DNA from: Lingula anatina
Taxonomy: Eukaryota; Animalia; Brachiopoda
Assembly (NCBI GenBank): GCA_051362555.1
Contig: CM120640.1
Location: 47,160,788-47,224,787 of the forward strand
Direction of reading: 5' to 3'
DNA length: 64,000 nt
Made by a program: the position numbers and the translations under genes. Shown here piece after piece: positions 24,795-38,440 of the stretch (within the stretch, counting starts at the first letter, position 1; every line of letters begins with the position of its first letter). The notes beneath the pieces are model-generated. The model did no database searches. It was not told the DNA's origin and saw only the letters and a list, made by a program, of their open reading frames with translations.

Positions 24795-25985
24795 ATGATA
24801 GAGACGAGCTGTCTAGTATGTGCAGGTATGGTAACATTAGCTGTTGGGATTTTCTTAATTCTATTTTTACTGACCGTTGTTAGTGTTGGCGCCGTTATGC
24901 TGTACGGATTACTAAAATCGCTGTTTGATTCAGAGGGTTCGACACCGACTTTGCACTATAAGGAGTCCGCATTGGCGAAATTTGTACTGAAACGCTGTCC
25001 TCGACTCACGAGAGCGTTCATGCCAACATTCTGGGCTCGCAATCCTCACGCTCAAACGTTCATCGGAGCGATCCTCCCAAAAGAAACGATGTCAGTAGAT
25101 CGGGAGTTCCTGCAAATGAAAGACAAAGGGATCGTTGCGATAGACTGGTGTCGCGCTAGGGAGCATAAAAAACTACGAAAATCTAGCCCTATTCTGATCA
25201 TTATTCCCGGATTTTGCGGCGATGCTTACAGTGTAAATTCAATCATCAGAGAGGCAGGGAAGAGGGGATATCGGCCCGTGGTATTTAATAGGCGAGGACA
25301 CGGGGGTTGTCCCCTAACCACGCCCAAGCTCCAGAGCTTCGGTGATCCCCTGGACTTCAGGCAAGTGGTTAAATACATAAAGGGGCGTTTTCCACAAGCA
25401 AGATTAACGGGGGTCGCATACAGCGCTGGTTGTGGTTTGCTCATGTCGTACCTTGGCGAATACGGCTCATCGGCCTACCTCAGTACGTGTGTGTGCATTT
25501 CACCTGCGTATGATCAACAAGAATTGTACAGGCAAGGTATTAGGGAGCCTTATAATGGACTCATACTGTATGGTCTTAAACGGATCATAAGCAGACACAC
25601 TCCTCCTCTAGCTAAACTTATTGATCTGGAGGCGGCGTGCAGGGCGCATTCGCTGGAAGAACTGGAGCAGTTAGTGTACTGTAAGCTTAACGGACAGGAA
25701 AATTTAGAGACATATTGGGATAAGAATAACCCTATTCGTGACGTCGATGATATCTCTATCCCATTGCTGTGTATAAACAGTAAAGATGACCCCATAAGTG
25801 GACCCGAACACATACCCCTGGACCTTTTTGAAGTCAGCCCAAATTTTCTACTTGCACTAACTCAGTATGGCGGCCACTGTGGATTTTTGGAGGGGGCGAG
25901 CGCGGACTGCTGGGCGGACATGGTAGCTTTGGATTTTATTGTTGCTGTGCTTGATTTTATTAAGAATGGAGAAAAGGATGAATGA
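24795..25985 (+). CDS. Alpha/beta-hydrolase of the ABHD1/2/3/15 (YheT-like) group with an N-terminal membrane anchor; intronless CDS
   Basis: Motifs PTFWARNPHAQT, REFLQMKDKGIVAIDW, VVFNRRGHGG, nucleophile elbow AYSAG (Ser codon 25422), NSKDDP (Asp) and GGHCGF (His); hydrophobic N-terminus. First ATG is 24795, with a possible acceptor CAG at 24777-24779. Confidence 0.9.
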   Translation: MIETSCLVCAGMVTLAVGIFLILFLLTVVSVGAVMLYGLLKSLFDSEGSTPTLHYKESALAKFVLKRCPRLTRAFMPTFWARNPHAQTFIGAILPKETMSVDREFLQMKDKGIVAIDWCRAREHKKLRKSSPILIIIPGFCGDAYSVNSIIREAGKRGYRPVVFNRRGHGGCPLTTPKLQSFGDPLDFRQVVKYIKGRFPQARLTGVAYSAGCGLLMSYLGEYGSSAYLSTCVCISPAYDQQELYRQGIREPYNGLILYGLKRIISRHTPPLAKLIDLEAACRAHSLEELEQLVYCKLNGQENLETYWDKNNPIRDVDDISIPLLCINSKDDPISGPEHIPLDLFEVSPNFLLALTQYGGHCGFLEGASADCWADMVALDFIVAVLDFIKNGEKDE

Positions 25986-26078
25986 CTTCAGAATATTGTG
26001 TTTAATAGGACAGGGGGGGGGAGGGGTAAGACGGTGTCATTTCAGTAAGAGGATGAGACCTTTCACTAGAGGAACTTG

Positions 26079-26246
26079 CAGGCCCGTAGTCAGCAATTTC
26101 AAAAGGGGGGTTCTTTTTCTGAAAAAGTGGACCTTTTACTATATAATCCCCATGTACCTAGCTCAAATTTTACCCAGAGTGGACCTTTTTCCAGCAAGAA
26201 GGGGGGTTCTTTCGAACCCCCCGAACCCCCCCTGGCTACGGGCCTG
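26079..26246. mobile_element. hAT-like MITE in the probable 3' UTR of the hydrolase gene
   Basis: Perfect 11-bp TIR CAGGCCCGTAG / CTACGGGCCTG. Internal repeats AGTGGACCTTTT x2 and GGGGGGTTC/GAACCCCCC. Flanks GGAACTTG / GGAAGGTTG resemble a degraded 8-bp TSD. Confidence 0.75.
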
Positions 26247-28129
26247 GGAAGGTTGGCGCTGCGCTTGCATTCACCAAATAGGTATGCACTATTTTCACAG
26301 AGACTTCAAAATCTCATTCGCGCAAAAATCTCAAAATATTGACGCCATTCATCTCAATGGCGATGGAGAAAATGTGTTATTATATATGCCGGCTGTATTA
26401 TAATTGTTAATGCCTTGTGTGTTATGAAATCCCAGAACGTTAAGTGGTATTGTAACACAGTTCTTAATCTATGCATGGCGTATAACTGAAATTTCCTACA
26501 TGATAGTGTTAACAAGCACCGGGTATCCTGGCCTGACTGTGTCTCAAATTGCTTTCATTACAACCTAACGTGAATGATTCTTAGAAAAGATTATTTGAAT
26601 GTCAAACTTTCCGGCTAATAAAATCAGTGATATACATAATAACAGTTGACGGTTAGTCTTGAAATAATGCCGGTCCATTGGTAATTTAGCGAACACTTGT
26701 GCGAATGGATTTTTCTATCAATTACATATTGAAAACAAGTCACACGAATGCGAGTGATAGCGTCTGAGATAAAGAAAATGAATGCTACACAATATTATTT
26801 TCTGAAATATTTTTCTAAGAACTTTATTGCAAGACAAAGCTGAACCAATTTGTCTCTAGATTAGCTGGTCGATTGAGCAAATGGTCAGCAAACTTTTAGA
26901 TTTTCATGTGTCAATATCCATAAAGAAAATAAAAGCAATGGATAGAGTCGTACATGTATAAATAACGACGTGTCACATCCGCGGGAAATTTTTGGCTAAA
27001 TGTAAGAAAAATCGGTGACGGAAGAGTGTTTGTGACAAGCGTTATCAATATCCATAGGAGCAACTGATGTGTGTGTTCGCTTTTCGGTCTTTTTGACAAG
27101 ATGCACTGGGATTGTTAAGGAAAAAGTACAGAATGAATAGAGATGGATGTAATCAATATTCCACGTCCAGACAAAACACTTTCAGACAAAATCATCGAGG
27201 ATACAAAAAAAAAAAAAAGAAAACTAAAAAGATCATCAGTGGTCTTGTCGAATTGACATAAACATTGATACTCATTCTATAGTCATTTTTGTTGACCCAA
27301 AGGAGTGCATTAAGAACTGGAATGGATGGCTAAGCTTTTCTCAGTTAAGTTTAAGCACTTTTAATGTGTATTCCTACGGTTGATTTGACAACGCATTCTT
27401 TAGGTCTCAAATATTCTATGCTACTATTGCTCAAAATACTATCTAATCCATGAAATAAATGATCCAATTAAAGTAAAATGATCTTCATTAAATCCCCTAT
27501 ATTGAATGCTCGATAAGAACTGAGTGGTCCTAATATGTTGAGGTAATGATTGCGTTATTCAAGTTTCCTCTCAAAGGTCTTAATTTTCGTGAAATGATTC
27601 TGTTTTCTATTTCATCACTTCAGCAAATTATTAATTTCTTAGGTAGTATTTATTGATATTTTTTTACTACCGGAACATATCAGGTTTTAGACTTGCCTTT
27701 TTGAACCACATTGAGCAATAATGGAATTATTTTTCGAAGTGTGCAAATAAAACGCAGCTTATCATTTGCACAAAGCTGAAGGGAAAGGCTTTTTTCTCGA
27801 GTGGACGGCAGTATATTGCAACTAAAGATGCCTAAAACCAAATAATTAAAACAGCTTTAAAGATATCAACGAAATAAAACAAATGAAAACCTGATGATAG
27901 AAATGATGGAGAAAGACATATCTTCAAATTTCAGGCTATTTGTTGCAACCTCCGAGGGCACTGGTATGTATAATATACTTTTTTTGCTTCTCGTCTCTCA
28001 CATCTGCTTGTTTTCATTCTTCGGTTTGCCCTCGTTAACTAAATGTATCGCTCTTCATATTTTGTAAATCCATCTCTTCCTTTATGTCTTTCTTTTTTAC
28101 TTATTTGTGTAATTCTTATTATACTGTTC

Positions 28130-28155
28130 ACCCCCCCCCCCCCCCCCCCCCCCCC
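28130..28155. repeat. poly-C tract
   Basis: Seen directly. Confidence 0.9.
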
Positions 28156-30220
28156 ATTCCAACTCTAGTACATACTGGCCAGGGCATTAATAAATGGGAT
28201 TTAATATTGAGCTATGAGGACAAAAATCATACATTAACAACCTTGGGTCTTTTCAGGTTAAATGTTAACATTCTATTTTATCATTTAACCCAAATGTTAA
28301 AAGGTACGTTTGCAATATGTCCAATAAAAAATAAGGTTTTGTCAGATAAATACGGGCTGACGTTGTTCAAGGACGTGTATACAATATGTACAATATGTAA
28401 TATGTGTTACCATACAATACTGCTTAAATGCAGCCAATGATTACAAATATAGGTTTCTGATGATATAAGGGAATCATTTCTAAAAGATAGAAAAAAATCC
28501 TTGGGAAATTGCTGAATAATTACAGATCATATTGGGACGTCGGTCGTTTAAGGCTCCACACGATATATGCATTTATATAGAAGCACCTCGTGTCACACTT
28601 GATAAGCTTAATGGCATCTACTTGAGGAAAATGTAAACTGATATGGATGAATTGCCCTTCCTAACTAAGGCCACTAGTAATAGGAATTGCGAGAAACGTA
28701 AATCTGGGAAATAAATAAGAGGTTCCTTTTATCATTAATTTACAAGAGAACTATTGCGAAACACCTCGTGAAATCACACGTGCTGGATTGCTTTCAGTTA
28801 TGCTTTTTTGAGAAAATAAACTAAGCTGAGTGTGTGAAAATAATTAAAGCTTGCAGTGAAAGCACGATGTTGTGGAGAAAATTTACTGTAAAAATATTTG
28901 ATTGGGTGCTCTAGCAATGGCGCTGCAAGAGGAAGATTCAGATATAGTTGTCCCTGAAACATTTTTTCTGTAGACTTAAAACAAAACGGTCAGTTCTGTG
29001 TGGTCACGGAGAGTTGGTTGTCCTTGATCTGGTAGATGCTGGGTTCTTGAAAGGAGTAACTGGGAATATACAGGTAAGGAGATTATATATGCCAGGATTA
29101 TATGATATGATTATATGATATGCCTGGACTCATCCTTGACCTCAACCCCCTGTCTACAACGGTTGTCTGTATATTAAAATAAAGCATATTAGTGGACTAT
29201 TTCCAAGTAACAAATCTCCTTTCTATGTAAAGTTGGCTAAATTACCATGCGGGCCGAGAAAAAAATCCCTAGCCCAGAGAGCGCGTTTAGATGGTAAAGA
29301 AATAAGCATGCCCAGAAAACTTCTTTAATATTTTAATGACATTGCGATTCAGTGCACAAATCCATAATAAATTCTTTTTTTCCGGATAACGATTTATGTT
29401 TAAAAATCTATCGACTAACGCGATAAATTAAGGCTGGCTGTATAGGAGATCGCCATTTCCTTATAGTGTCTTTTCAGAAAACCTTTTCCAATATTCAATG
29501 ACACATTTCAGCTCAAAAATCAGCTCAAAACTGCATTAAACGCAAAATAAATAAATGGAAAAAATTAAAATGACGGAGAGTATATAAGAACACGTAGAAC
29601 AGCTCACTAGGCTTGAGCCAAGAGACAAAATATGGTCCATAAAATGTCCTGACCTCCAGAAATGTAGAAATCGTCAAATTGCATTCTAAAAATCCTGCCT
29701 TTTTGGTTCTTTGTGAAGATGGCAAAATATCGAAAGCAGCTGAACGTGGTATTGATTGTGGTTTAAAGGATTATATACGTATAGCAGGTAATTTTACTTA
29801 CAAGCGTCTTCTAATGTGACAAGCGCACGCGCACTGGCGACCCTTATTTCCTTACGTACGAGAGGCAGGGCATCACCCTTGAGACTTTATTGTCGAGCCA
29901 AGGAAATGATTTTATAAGGTCATTTGTGTTTTTCTGTTAATTAAAATTTACCTCACTTTGTAATATCGATCAATGCGGCTACGGTGCATAGGGTAACACT
30001 GTCTTCGGACATGACTTGCTATCCAGTTGGAGAATTAACGCTTCAAGATTATACATTTTCGTTCAAATTATCTTTCACATTACCTTTCATCAAATCTTTA
30101 TAATTTAAAACCCCGTAAATACTAGGTTTGAAACCGCAAGGAGAATGTTTGTTGACATACTTTTGTAACAGTGGTATTAGTCGACATTTGGTTGTAAGGT
30201 GTTGTCCAAGTGATCAAGAT

Positions 30221-30396
30221 CTTTCTGCGTCCCGTAAAAGTAAAAAAATGACTTAACATGCCGACAACTGGCTAATCATTGAGCATTCATTTTGCGACCA
30301 AAACGATGATTGGGCCTCCTTTCCACGACCACAGCAATGCCAGTTTCATGGTCGCACAAAGGGCGCAGAAAGGACGCCGTCCAGTGTAAAGGGGGT
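30221..30396 (+). mobile_element. PIF/Harbinger-like MITE, copy retaining the right TIR
   Basis: Colinear with 47187-47375. Ends AAAGGACGCCGTCCAGTGTAAAGGGGG, the reverse complement of the other copy's left end. Confidence 0.75.
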
Positions 30397-33300
30397 TTTA
30401 TTGTTTTAGATTATGTAACCTCAAAACACTAGCAAAAGTCTTGCTACCAGTGTCCATCACGAGAGGTCTCGTTATGGCGTAACAAGGTCTCACAGGGGCA
30501 TAAGCAACTAGTACACTATCTCATATGTAATTGAAAACAAAAAATTATGCTTAAGAAGTTCTCTTTTTGTCCTGAAAATGCACATGTATCTCACATCTTC
30601 GGAGATGAGATGAGATGAGAAAGATCGCCACCAGAATGATCGGGCCACCACAGCATCACGACAAAAAAGGCAGAATAGAGGCAGTAGTTGTGTAAGCTTT
30701 AAGATTTGTCACGATACTGGAAAAGATCATTTACCGTGGTTAATAATATTAATTTACCACAACATCTAAGTGATAACGATTTAATTTAACGTTCAAGGAA
30801 ATAATGAATGAAAGGTTGCGTAGTGAGTCAGCATCACTTGCTTGTTTGATTTAGAAGAAATGATATGTAGATTATAAATGAATTATTGATGGAAATATGA
30901 TGCACCATTAGCCTTTAGTATCCAAGAGATAAAACAAAACTGGTAATACAATTATCCCTGTACCAAGTCCATGTTTTTTTCAATACACCAGACTCTGCAT
31001 CTAAACTAAGTGCAACTGAGCAAGGGATTTAATTACTTCAAAACGGATATGAATTTCCTTGAATATCTTGTAGAGTAATGTGAGCGACTCCCCTACATGT
31101 ATGTTAGCCTATTTTTGCAATCTTTATTGGGAATTACACGTAAAAATGCAAGTAAAAATTACCTTGCTTAATTTTATTACTTAATTATCACTTGAACTCA
31201 AATGTTGGGAGTCAACAGAATTGTGGGATGTTTAATAAGACATTTTAAAGGATACAATTTTTTGAAAGCATGAATTTCAAGATATTTGATTAAAGTAAAA
31301 TTTAAAATGACAATCATTAATTTATATGTACTAATATGTACTCTAAGCTATACCAAAGGCACGAAATTTCAAACTGGTGTCAAACAATATTGTCCAAAAT
31401 ATTTGAAACACGGATTTGAAAAAAAATTGTGGAATTGCGTAGATATGTGTCGAAGTGTGTCGAATGGCGCATTTGCATTTTGGGAGACATCGGGCCTTAT
31501 AACTACCATAGTAAAACAAAACAAAGTTCTCGCCAGCTTCATATACACGGAAGAGAAATAGCTAGATAGATAAAACAGGCTTTCGCTGACCATTCCCTCA
31601 AGTCCCTGCTTTAAACTGACTGTGATTCGTAACGATGCCGATTACATTGAGAAACAATAAAACCGACGTTGAAACAAGAAAGCTTGACCTTTCAAAGTAC
31701 AAAGTACATAACATTCCCTATTCAATAGATTTCAATAAAATTATTTGCCTTGAGTGTTTAGACACATAAGTATATCTCTGCTGCCTCCCTTGGGTAGATA
31801 AGGCGACAGACAAACCTCCGGCAATCCTTAAGATGTTTGAGCAGAAGTCGTAACGGGTTTAAGTGGTTTTTTTACAATACAATGCAAGCACAAAGTCAGC
31901 CGATAGATAAAAATTGGGCAGCAACATGCTTCTCACAAAGGTGTTTGTGGAGCATAACAAGGTTAAGAGGTTCAAACACCTGTTCACTTGTCTTTTAACA
32001 ATTTAAACAATCGGTTAAAATTGAGCCATCATTAGCACGGCGCGGCGTGGAAGTGTCTTGTCACTGCAATTTAATTTATCACGGGTTTGCAGGTTGTGCA
32101 TTTAACAATAAAGGTTGACAACTACAAAAGATCACTTGATGCTTCTAAGAAACAACCAGGTAAAATCACTATTGTCAACAATGGCGGACTGTCTTTTATC
32201 TATAACCAGCATGACATAGGGGTGATGGTGCTGTGCGGATGAGACTGATTCCAACAATTAGAGCCACAGCCATTGAAATCGAGTTATGAACTATACATGT
32301 ACAATATCAGATCGAATTCAGATCATTGCTGGAAAACGATTTCTCATTATAATGATACCAGGAAATGCCAATCGCACTTGGCTGAACATTGGTGTAATTA
32401 CCGGCTTTCCCGTTTGTTTGGAAAATTATCTCATGGTGAGGATCATCAACTGCATCCTATTAAACACAATTGGGTTATCTAAATAACCACTAAACAGCTT
32501 AAAATTGCTACTATTCCGTAAAACGTTTTTAAAGGACACGTACACTTAACCATACCATACTAAAAGAACAGTGAGCTTTGTTTCGAATTTTATAGTAACA
32601 CACACCTGTGAAATGCCACACGCGATCAAGAAACGGCTATTCCCACTTGTTACCAATTATGTAAAACACGTCGTTAATTGCTGTTGTAATCAGACTTTAA
32701 AGCTTGACTTTACCTTTGCCTTGATTGCAAACTGGTATTCGATTTTGCTATTCCTGCTTTCGCGAGATACTAGTGTTGCAGACGACATTGCTGTATTATT
32801 AAATACTCATTTTCAATATGTGAACAGCGTAAAGTGGGATTCATTGTCAACCGGTTTAATTTCGTTACCCATTGGGAACTAATTTTGTGGTTCTTGCAAA
32901 ATGAAAAGCAATACAATATAGTCAAGTGCTGCCCACGTGAGGCTTGCCCACGTGAAGCTGGGTACACTGCACTCTGGTAATTCATCAATATTGGTAAAGC
33001 CTAGTGCAAACACTTGTTAGGCTACACTGCCCGTAGACCTACATTGCATAGCTGTAAGTGTAGACGTGCAGTCGCAGCCTGTTTCCCGTACATATCTTAT
33101 ACAGAATGATCACAATAACAATGAGGCCTATGCTTAAGTCCCGTCTCAATTTTTAATTTGAAATTCAATTCCAGTGGACACCACTGGGCTGAGTTTTATA
33201 TATTTTCCTCTCTTGTAAGCCCCTTGTAAAACATCTGACCTTGCCACTTGACACCTCCAAGTTAATTGAATTATACCAAGTAAAGGAAAATTTCCTGTAA

Positions 33301-35720
33301 GAACAGCATGGCTGCTGAACTCGTACATATTCGAAATGTACAAATTTGCTTGTGATTAAATTTGCTCATTTCCTGTATCACCTTATTTTATTTAAATCTT
33401 ATTTTAACTTACTTAGTTTTATCCTTTAATGTATTTTATATACCTCATTCATTTTCTAAAACAAAATGTCTTATCTTATTATAAAACATAACAGTGTCCT
33501 TATATGCCCCGATAATTAACGAAGTGAGAAAAGATTAGACCGTACATACATGTCTTATCAAATAGTGTATCCAGTGTATCTCACTTTCACGCCATGCTTA
33601 CATGAGCTTGCAAACATTAATTAATGCCACGGGCTTCGCTTTGAAGATGATCTGAAAATAAATGGCTTGAACGATTCAGAAAAAGAAGACGGTTTAGAGA
33701 TGAAGCACTACGTTGTAAAACATTATTGTGCAAAGTTAGTGCCATAAATTTGATCTGTTGGATATGAGTTGAGAGTGAAAAAATGCAAGTGAACTGTCGA
33801 CCAGTGTATATCAAAAAATGGAGGGACATCTGTAGTACTTTCAACAGTCCAAGGATTGTCAAATAACGTCCTACTGGTGTCAAAGACGTGATCACAGTGA
33901 ATTTTACATTGTTTAGTTGGGTTGCAACGTTCTCAATCTCATCTTTGCCATCGTTTACACCATGGGCGATCTCTGGCGGTGCTTTCGTTCAAGGCATTTA
34001 GCAATCATATGTTCATGTAACTGGTTCGAGTCTGATATGTGCAAAGTTCAAGTAAACAAACTTAACTTTCTTGGGAGCCAAACCTCCAAACGCCTTTTAG
34101 ATAGAGGATAATATATTCCTTTTCACGCTCAGGAAGTAAATATTGGATAAGTAGACACAATTGAAAAACTGATTAAACTCCAAAATAGTTGTTACTGCCA
34201 GGTTATTTTGAGCTTGATCTAAAAGTTGCATGGGATGTTTTTATGTATACCTTTCATCCTTGATTGCTTAGCCAGTTACTTTGCGAAGATTTGTGGTGTT
34301 TGACTTTTCCCAGCATGAATAACCGATTGATTTAAGATGGAAGCCACAATTTTCACATCTTAAGTGTAGGCATTTTTTCTCAGTGATGCATAATTTAGCT
34401 AGAATGTCTAAATGATCTTTTTTCCAATTTTGAAGACATAAAATTCCCTGATATTCCAAACGCATTAGAAAGTTGGTGGTTTTGGATTATCGTTCCCATT
34501 GATTGTTATGAAAAATGAGCTTTTAAAATGTGCAGATGGCAGTCTAATGACATAACAATTACATCCCAAAAGCAAAGAGAGTTTGACTGCATGGGTTCAA
34601 TTGGATGTTCTACACTGTGTAATGAAGACAAAAATGCCTTTTCTGTTTTCACATGATAAAATGTTGTAGCCTAGTATAATTACACGTCTTACTAATCAAT
34701 ATCGCAAAACTGCAGCACGTATTCTTATACATATCGGTTAAAATCGATGGCAGATGCATGCAATTTATAGTCATATATTTTAAAGGATAATCAAACTTTT
34801 CCAGTCACTTTGCTTCTCAGCATTTCATCTCATGCTCCTATGGCCGTTTATGGCATGTGGTGCCACAACGAAAGATTGTCCTTTGACCCAAACACTATTT
34901 CTACTCAATAAGGTTCCAAGCTAGATGTGATTCAACACTAACACCTTCCTGATGAGAAGACTATCACTTCAATATACATATTCAAAACAACTAGACATGC
35001 AAAGGACACGTTCACTTATTACCGATTTCCCTGTCTTTTCATTGCCATCTAAGAACCCGAGGTGTTTTGAGAGTAAAGTCAATTAGTCTCTATATTGAAA
35101 ACGAATTGGCAAATTTGAAATAGCCAAATTCCTTAACAGTCCTATTATATATCTTTCTCGTTGTATAGAGGAAGAAAAGATAGTGTTTCCGTGTTTTTCT
35201 TTAAAAAAAAACTAATGGCCACCACTATTGTTGAAAAATTGTAGAAATAATCCTTAAATGGCTGATGAGATTTCTCGTTGGCATTTTTGTGAGCTACACT
35301 TTTTTGATGATCCATTTTCATCTGATTTTGGTCAGCAATCGACCCGATCATTGCCATTTACTTCAAATGTCATCAAATATCACCGATTTCGTTTGACACC
35401 TTAGGGACATCTAATCTCACTAACCACCAATAAAAGATATTTGTGGTAAAATGAAGAATAATCATACGAAGATGGGGTGAAATATTAAAAAATCCCAGGA
35501 ACCCAGTGACCATTGACTCCCAAAAATAATCAAAACGAGACAGGAGAGGGAGAGATCCAATCTACAAAGTTTAAATCTACGAAGACAGTCAGGCATCCGG
35601 CACGACTTTGGCTTGTTTCACGGGTTGAGTGGGTTAGACATCACAGGAAATTGCTGGAAACAGGCGACATGGCGTTAGTGACCTTACAGGTACGGGATCG
35701 ATGAAAAGCTTTCAAATTAC

Positions 35721-35775
35721 CATGGATCACTTGGTAGGAACTGGCGGACGACTTTTTCTCCTTTCTGGAATATGT
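35721..35775 (-). ncRNA. Candidate 55-nt internal exon of an unannotated spliced minus-strand transcript
   Basis: Minus-strand acceptor TTTTTTTCAG and donor ATG|GTAATT. Partner candidate exon 37286-37406 ends CAG|GTAAG. Confidence 0.3.
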
Positions 35776-38401
35776 CTGAAAAAAACATTCCCCCCTTTGT
35801 AATTCCATTTTTTTTTTTTTTTTTTTGTAATCATACTCGGCATGAAGCACAGAACCTTTTCTTGTGAATTCACATTTGTAAATACTGCTAATGACCAGTT
35901 ACGGGATTCTAAATTGCGCTTTCCATGATTGCTTTTGCATTAGTTTGGTTGTACATGGCAGCTCTATTAAGCTGTGTCATTTCACGGTTAGTAGTTACCA
36001 GGATTATTCATAGATTAGATACTAAGTACAATATCATTGCAAGTTTGGTCCAGCATGCTCTCGTGTATCAAGCAATGCAGTGCTGAGAAACACTTCAAAT
36101 GAGCTATGCAAGTACGCTTCCAGAGGAGATGATGCATTCCCTTCTCGATACATCTTGAACGCCAATATACATGTATATACTTGTCACGATTTTTGTTATA
36201 TTTGTCTTTTGCCTTGTATTTACATGATAGTTTTCATAACCGACATTTAGATAGGTATACTTTCTAAGAGTTCACAGGTGTTTTAATGATGAAAAAAGCT
36301 CTTAATGTGTAGATGGCGAGTGGTATTGCATGATTTTCGATCTGATTCTGCGTTTCTCTCAGCGTTAAGTACTATGAGAAATAGCTACCTAGAAACTGAA
36401 AGTTTTTTTCTGTTATGTTTATTACATCTTTCAAATGCAGGTTAATTCTTCTAAAATATACTTACTAAAATGTCGTTTCTTTTACGGGAAATGGAAGTTT
36501 AACGCGGACGTGTTCCGGGTTTTAGATTGGGTACACAAGCAATTTTATAAAAGAACAAATAACAAGGTTTAAGTTCAATAGCATGGATCAGTTGTTTCAG
36601 TTGTCTTGTTGATAAATCTCTTCTAAAGGCGCTGTGTTTTGAGGGCCGACCAGGACAATAAAAGCAATAATTTATCAATTTGTTTGCCTACATGTACAAC
36701 CTAGCTTTTAACCCAAAATAGGCCTGCATTAGATCTTGTGTGAATGCAATTTGAAATTGCACATGTAACAGTGCTGCTCATTTGACATGCAAAGAATATT
36801 GTAATGCATACTATCAAAGGTACCATTGGAATCATACATGTATACGTGTCTAAAGATGATTCAGATTATTTGTCGAGCAAGGTACTCCATAAGCATGAAA
36901 GTTTATTAAGATAATAAACCTACCCAATGTAAAGTAATGAAAGTGGACTGGATTTAGCCATAAAAAAGATACCCTGATTTAAAAAATGCAAATTAGGCAA
37001 ACATACTCTCCTCTTACTTTTTTACTGTATTTTCCTTCTTTTTCCTTTGTCAATCAATGCTAACTTTACTTTTTGCAATTCTTCAAATCACAGTGTTTAA
37101 AAAATGCGAATATTAATTTTTTAATAGGTGTAATTTATTTCAATCACAGAAAATAACGATGATGCTTTATGTAGTATAGACAAAAACCACCTGCTCACTA
37201 ATCGTTTAATGGGCTAAATCGTATTTGTAAACAAGTCAAAGTGGGCATGTCGAAATTTGTGTTAATTTTTTGCAACTTCTCTTACCTGCTGTAGACGAAT
37301 CCTGTGATAGCAAAGGCGTTTGCATAATTGCAGACAAACATAAGGCATAAAAAGCACTAAGTGCTTCCAGAAACTAGGTCCTTAAGTGAGCACGCTTCAA
37401 TATCATCTGTAGATATCCTTGAATGTTGTTCAGACTATGAAAATACATGTACTTGCTTATTGAAGTGCAAAATCTATACAAAATATTTGAACTGCTTATT
37501 AAAAAACATGAGAATGCAAACGTTAAATGGTCTATACCAATAATGGAAAAGGTTCTTTGTGTATACTTTACAGAAAGACATAAGTTGAATATTCTCATAT
37601 TTGATTTCCTTGCATCATGACGAAAAGATTAAACTCTGTGATAACATTGACATGTGTGATAACTTTGGTGATTAAATGGCAAATATAATAATCGATCCTT
37701 ATGAAATCTTTGACTGGATTGTAAGTTATGTATTCCCTATCAAAATGAACATTGTTGAACGCCTTTATTTGAAAATTGTCACAGTAAATGTGTAGATTCA
37801 CAGTCATCTTTGCCCATAAAACATGCACGATCAAAATCGCTTTTACAATAATTGCAGTTCATTCCATGTAATTATTGAAATGCCGCGCTGAACTGGCAGT
37901 ACGTGTACATGTACATTACAGTGTTATGACATCTAATATACTTTAAAACACGTGACTGAAATAATGTGAGTCGCCCTTATTTCGATGAATAATTTATTTT
38001 CACAGAAGAAGTAGCTAACACATTAAGTGTACAACAAGGGATTAGTCACTTAAAACGGCTGGCCGCCATAGGAAATGGGCTGTCAAAGAAGTTATCAATG
38101 AAAGAGCATCGGAATTGATACAGATAAACTGTAGATAAACATGAATTGCACCATTACAAGCTGCGTTTAAATATAGCATGGATACCTATACTTTCTAGCT
38201 GCATTATAAGTGCGTCTCTGAAAAACTAGGAAATTCATTAATCTTTTGCTTAAAAATGTTTGTGTTATACTCAGAACGTTTCAGGTGAAGATCGAAGACA
38301 GGGTTAACGGAATTCTTAAACCGGTCATACAGGTGGCATTTTTGCAACCCCAACAAAACCACGCTTCTGCCAAAATAACTCGCTTATAAAATTGCGCTAA
38401 A

Positions 38402-38424
38402 AGAGAGAGAGAGAGAGAGAGAGA
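38402..38424. repeat. (AG)n microsatellite
   Basis: Seen directly. Confidence 0.9.
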
Positions 38425-38440
38425 CACGACCAAACTGACC

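Noticed and set aside
25974-25990. K-D-E-TGA-L, suggesting KDEL or stop readthrough
   Set aside because: Readthrough would insert a residue and continue about 20 codons, so no C-terminal KDEL results. The context is TGA-CTT, not TGA-CTAG.
37330-37385. SFWKHLVLFMP resembling TIR-domain box 3
   Set aside because: In-frame stop just upstream, and no other TIR exons were found.
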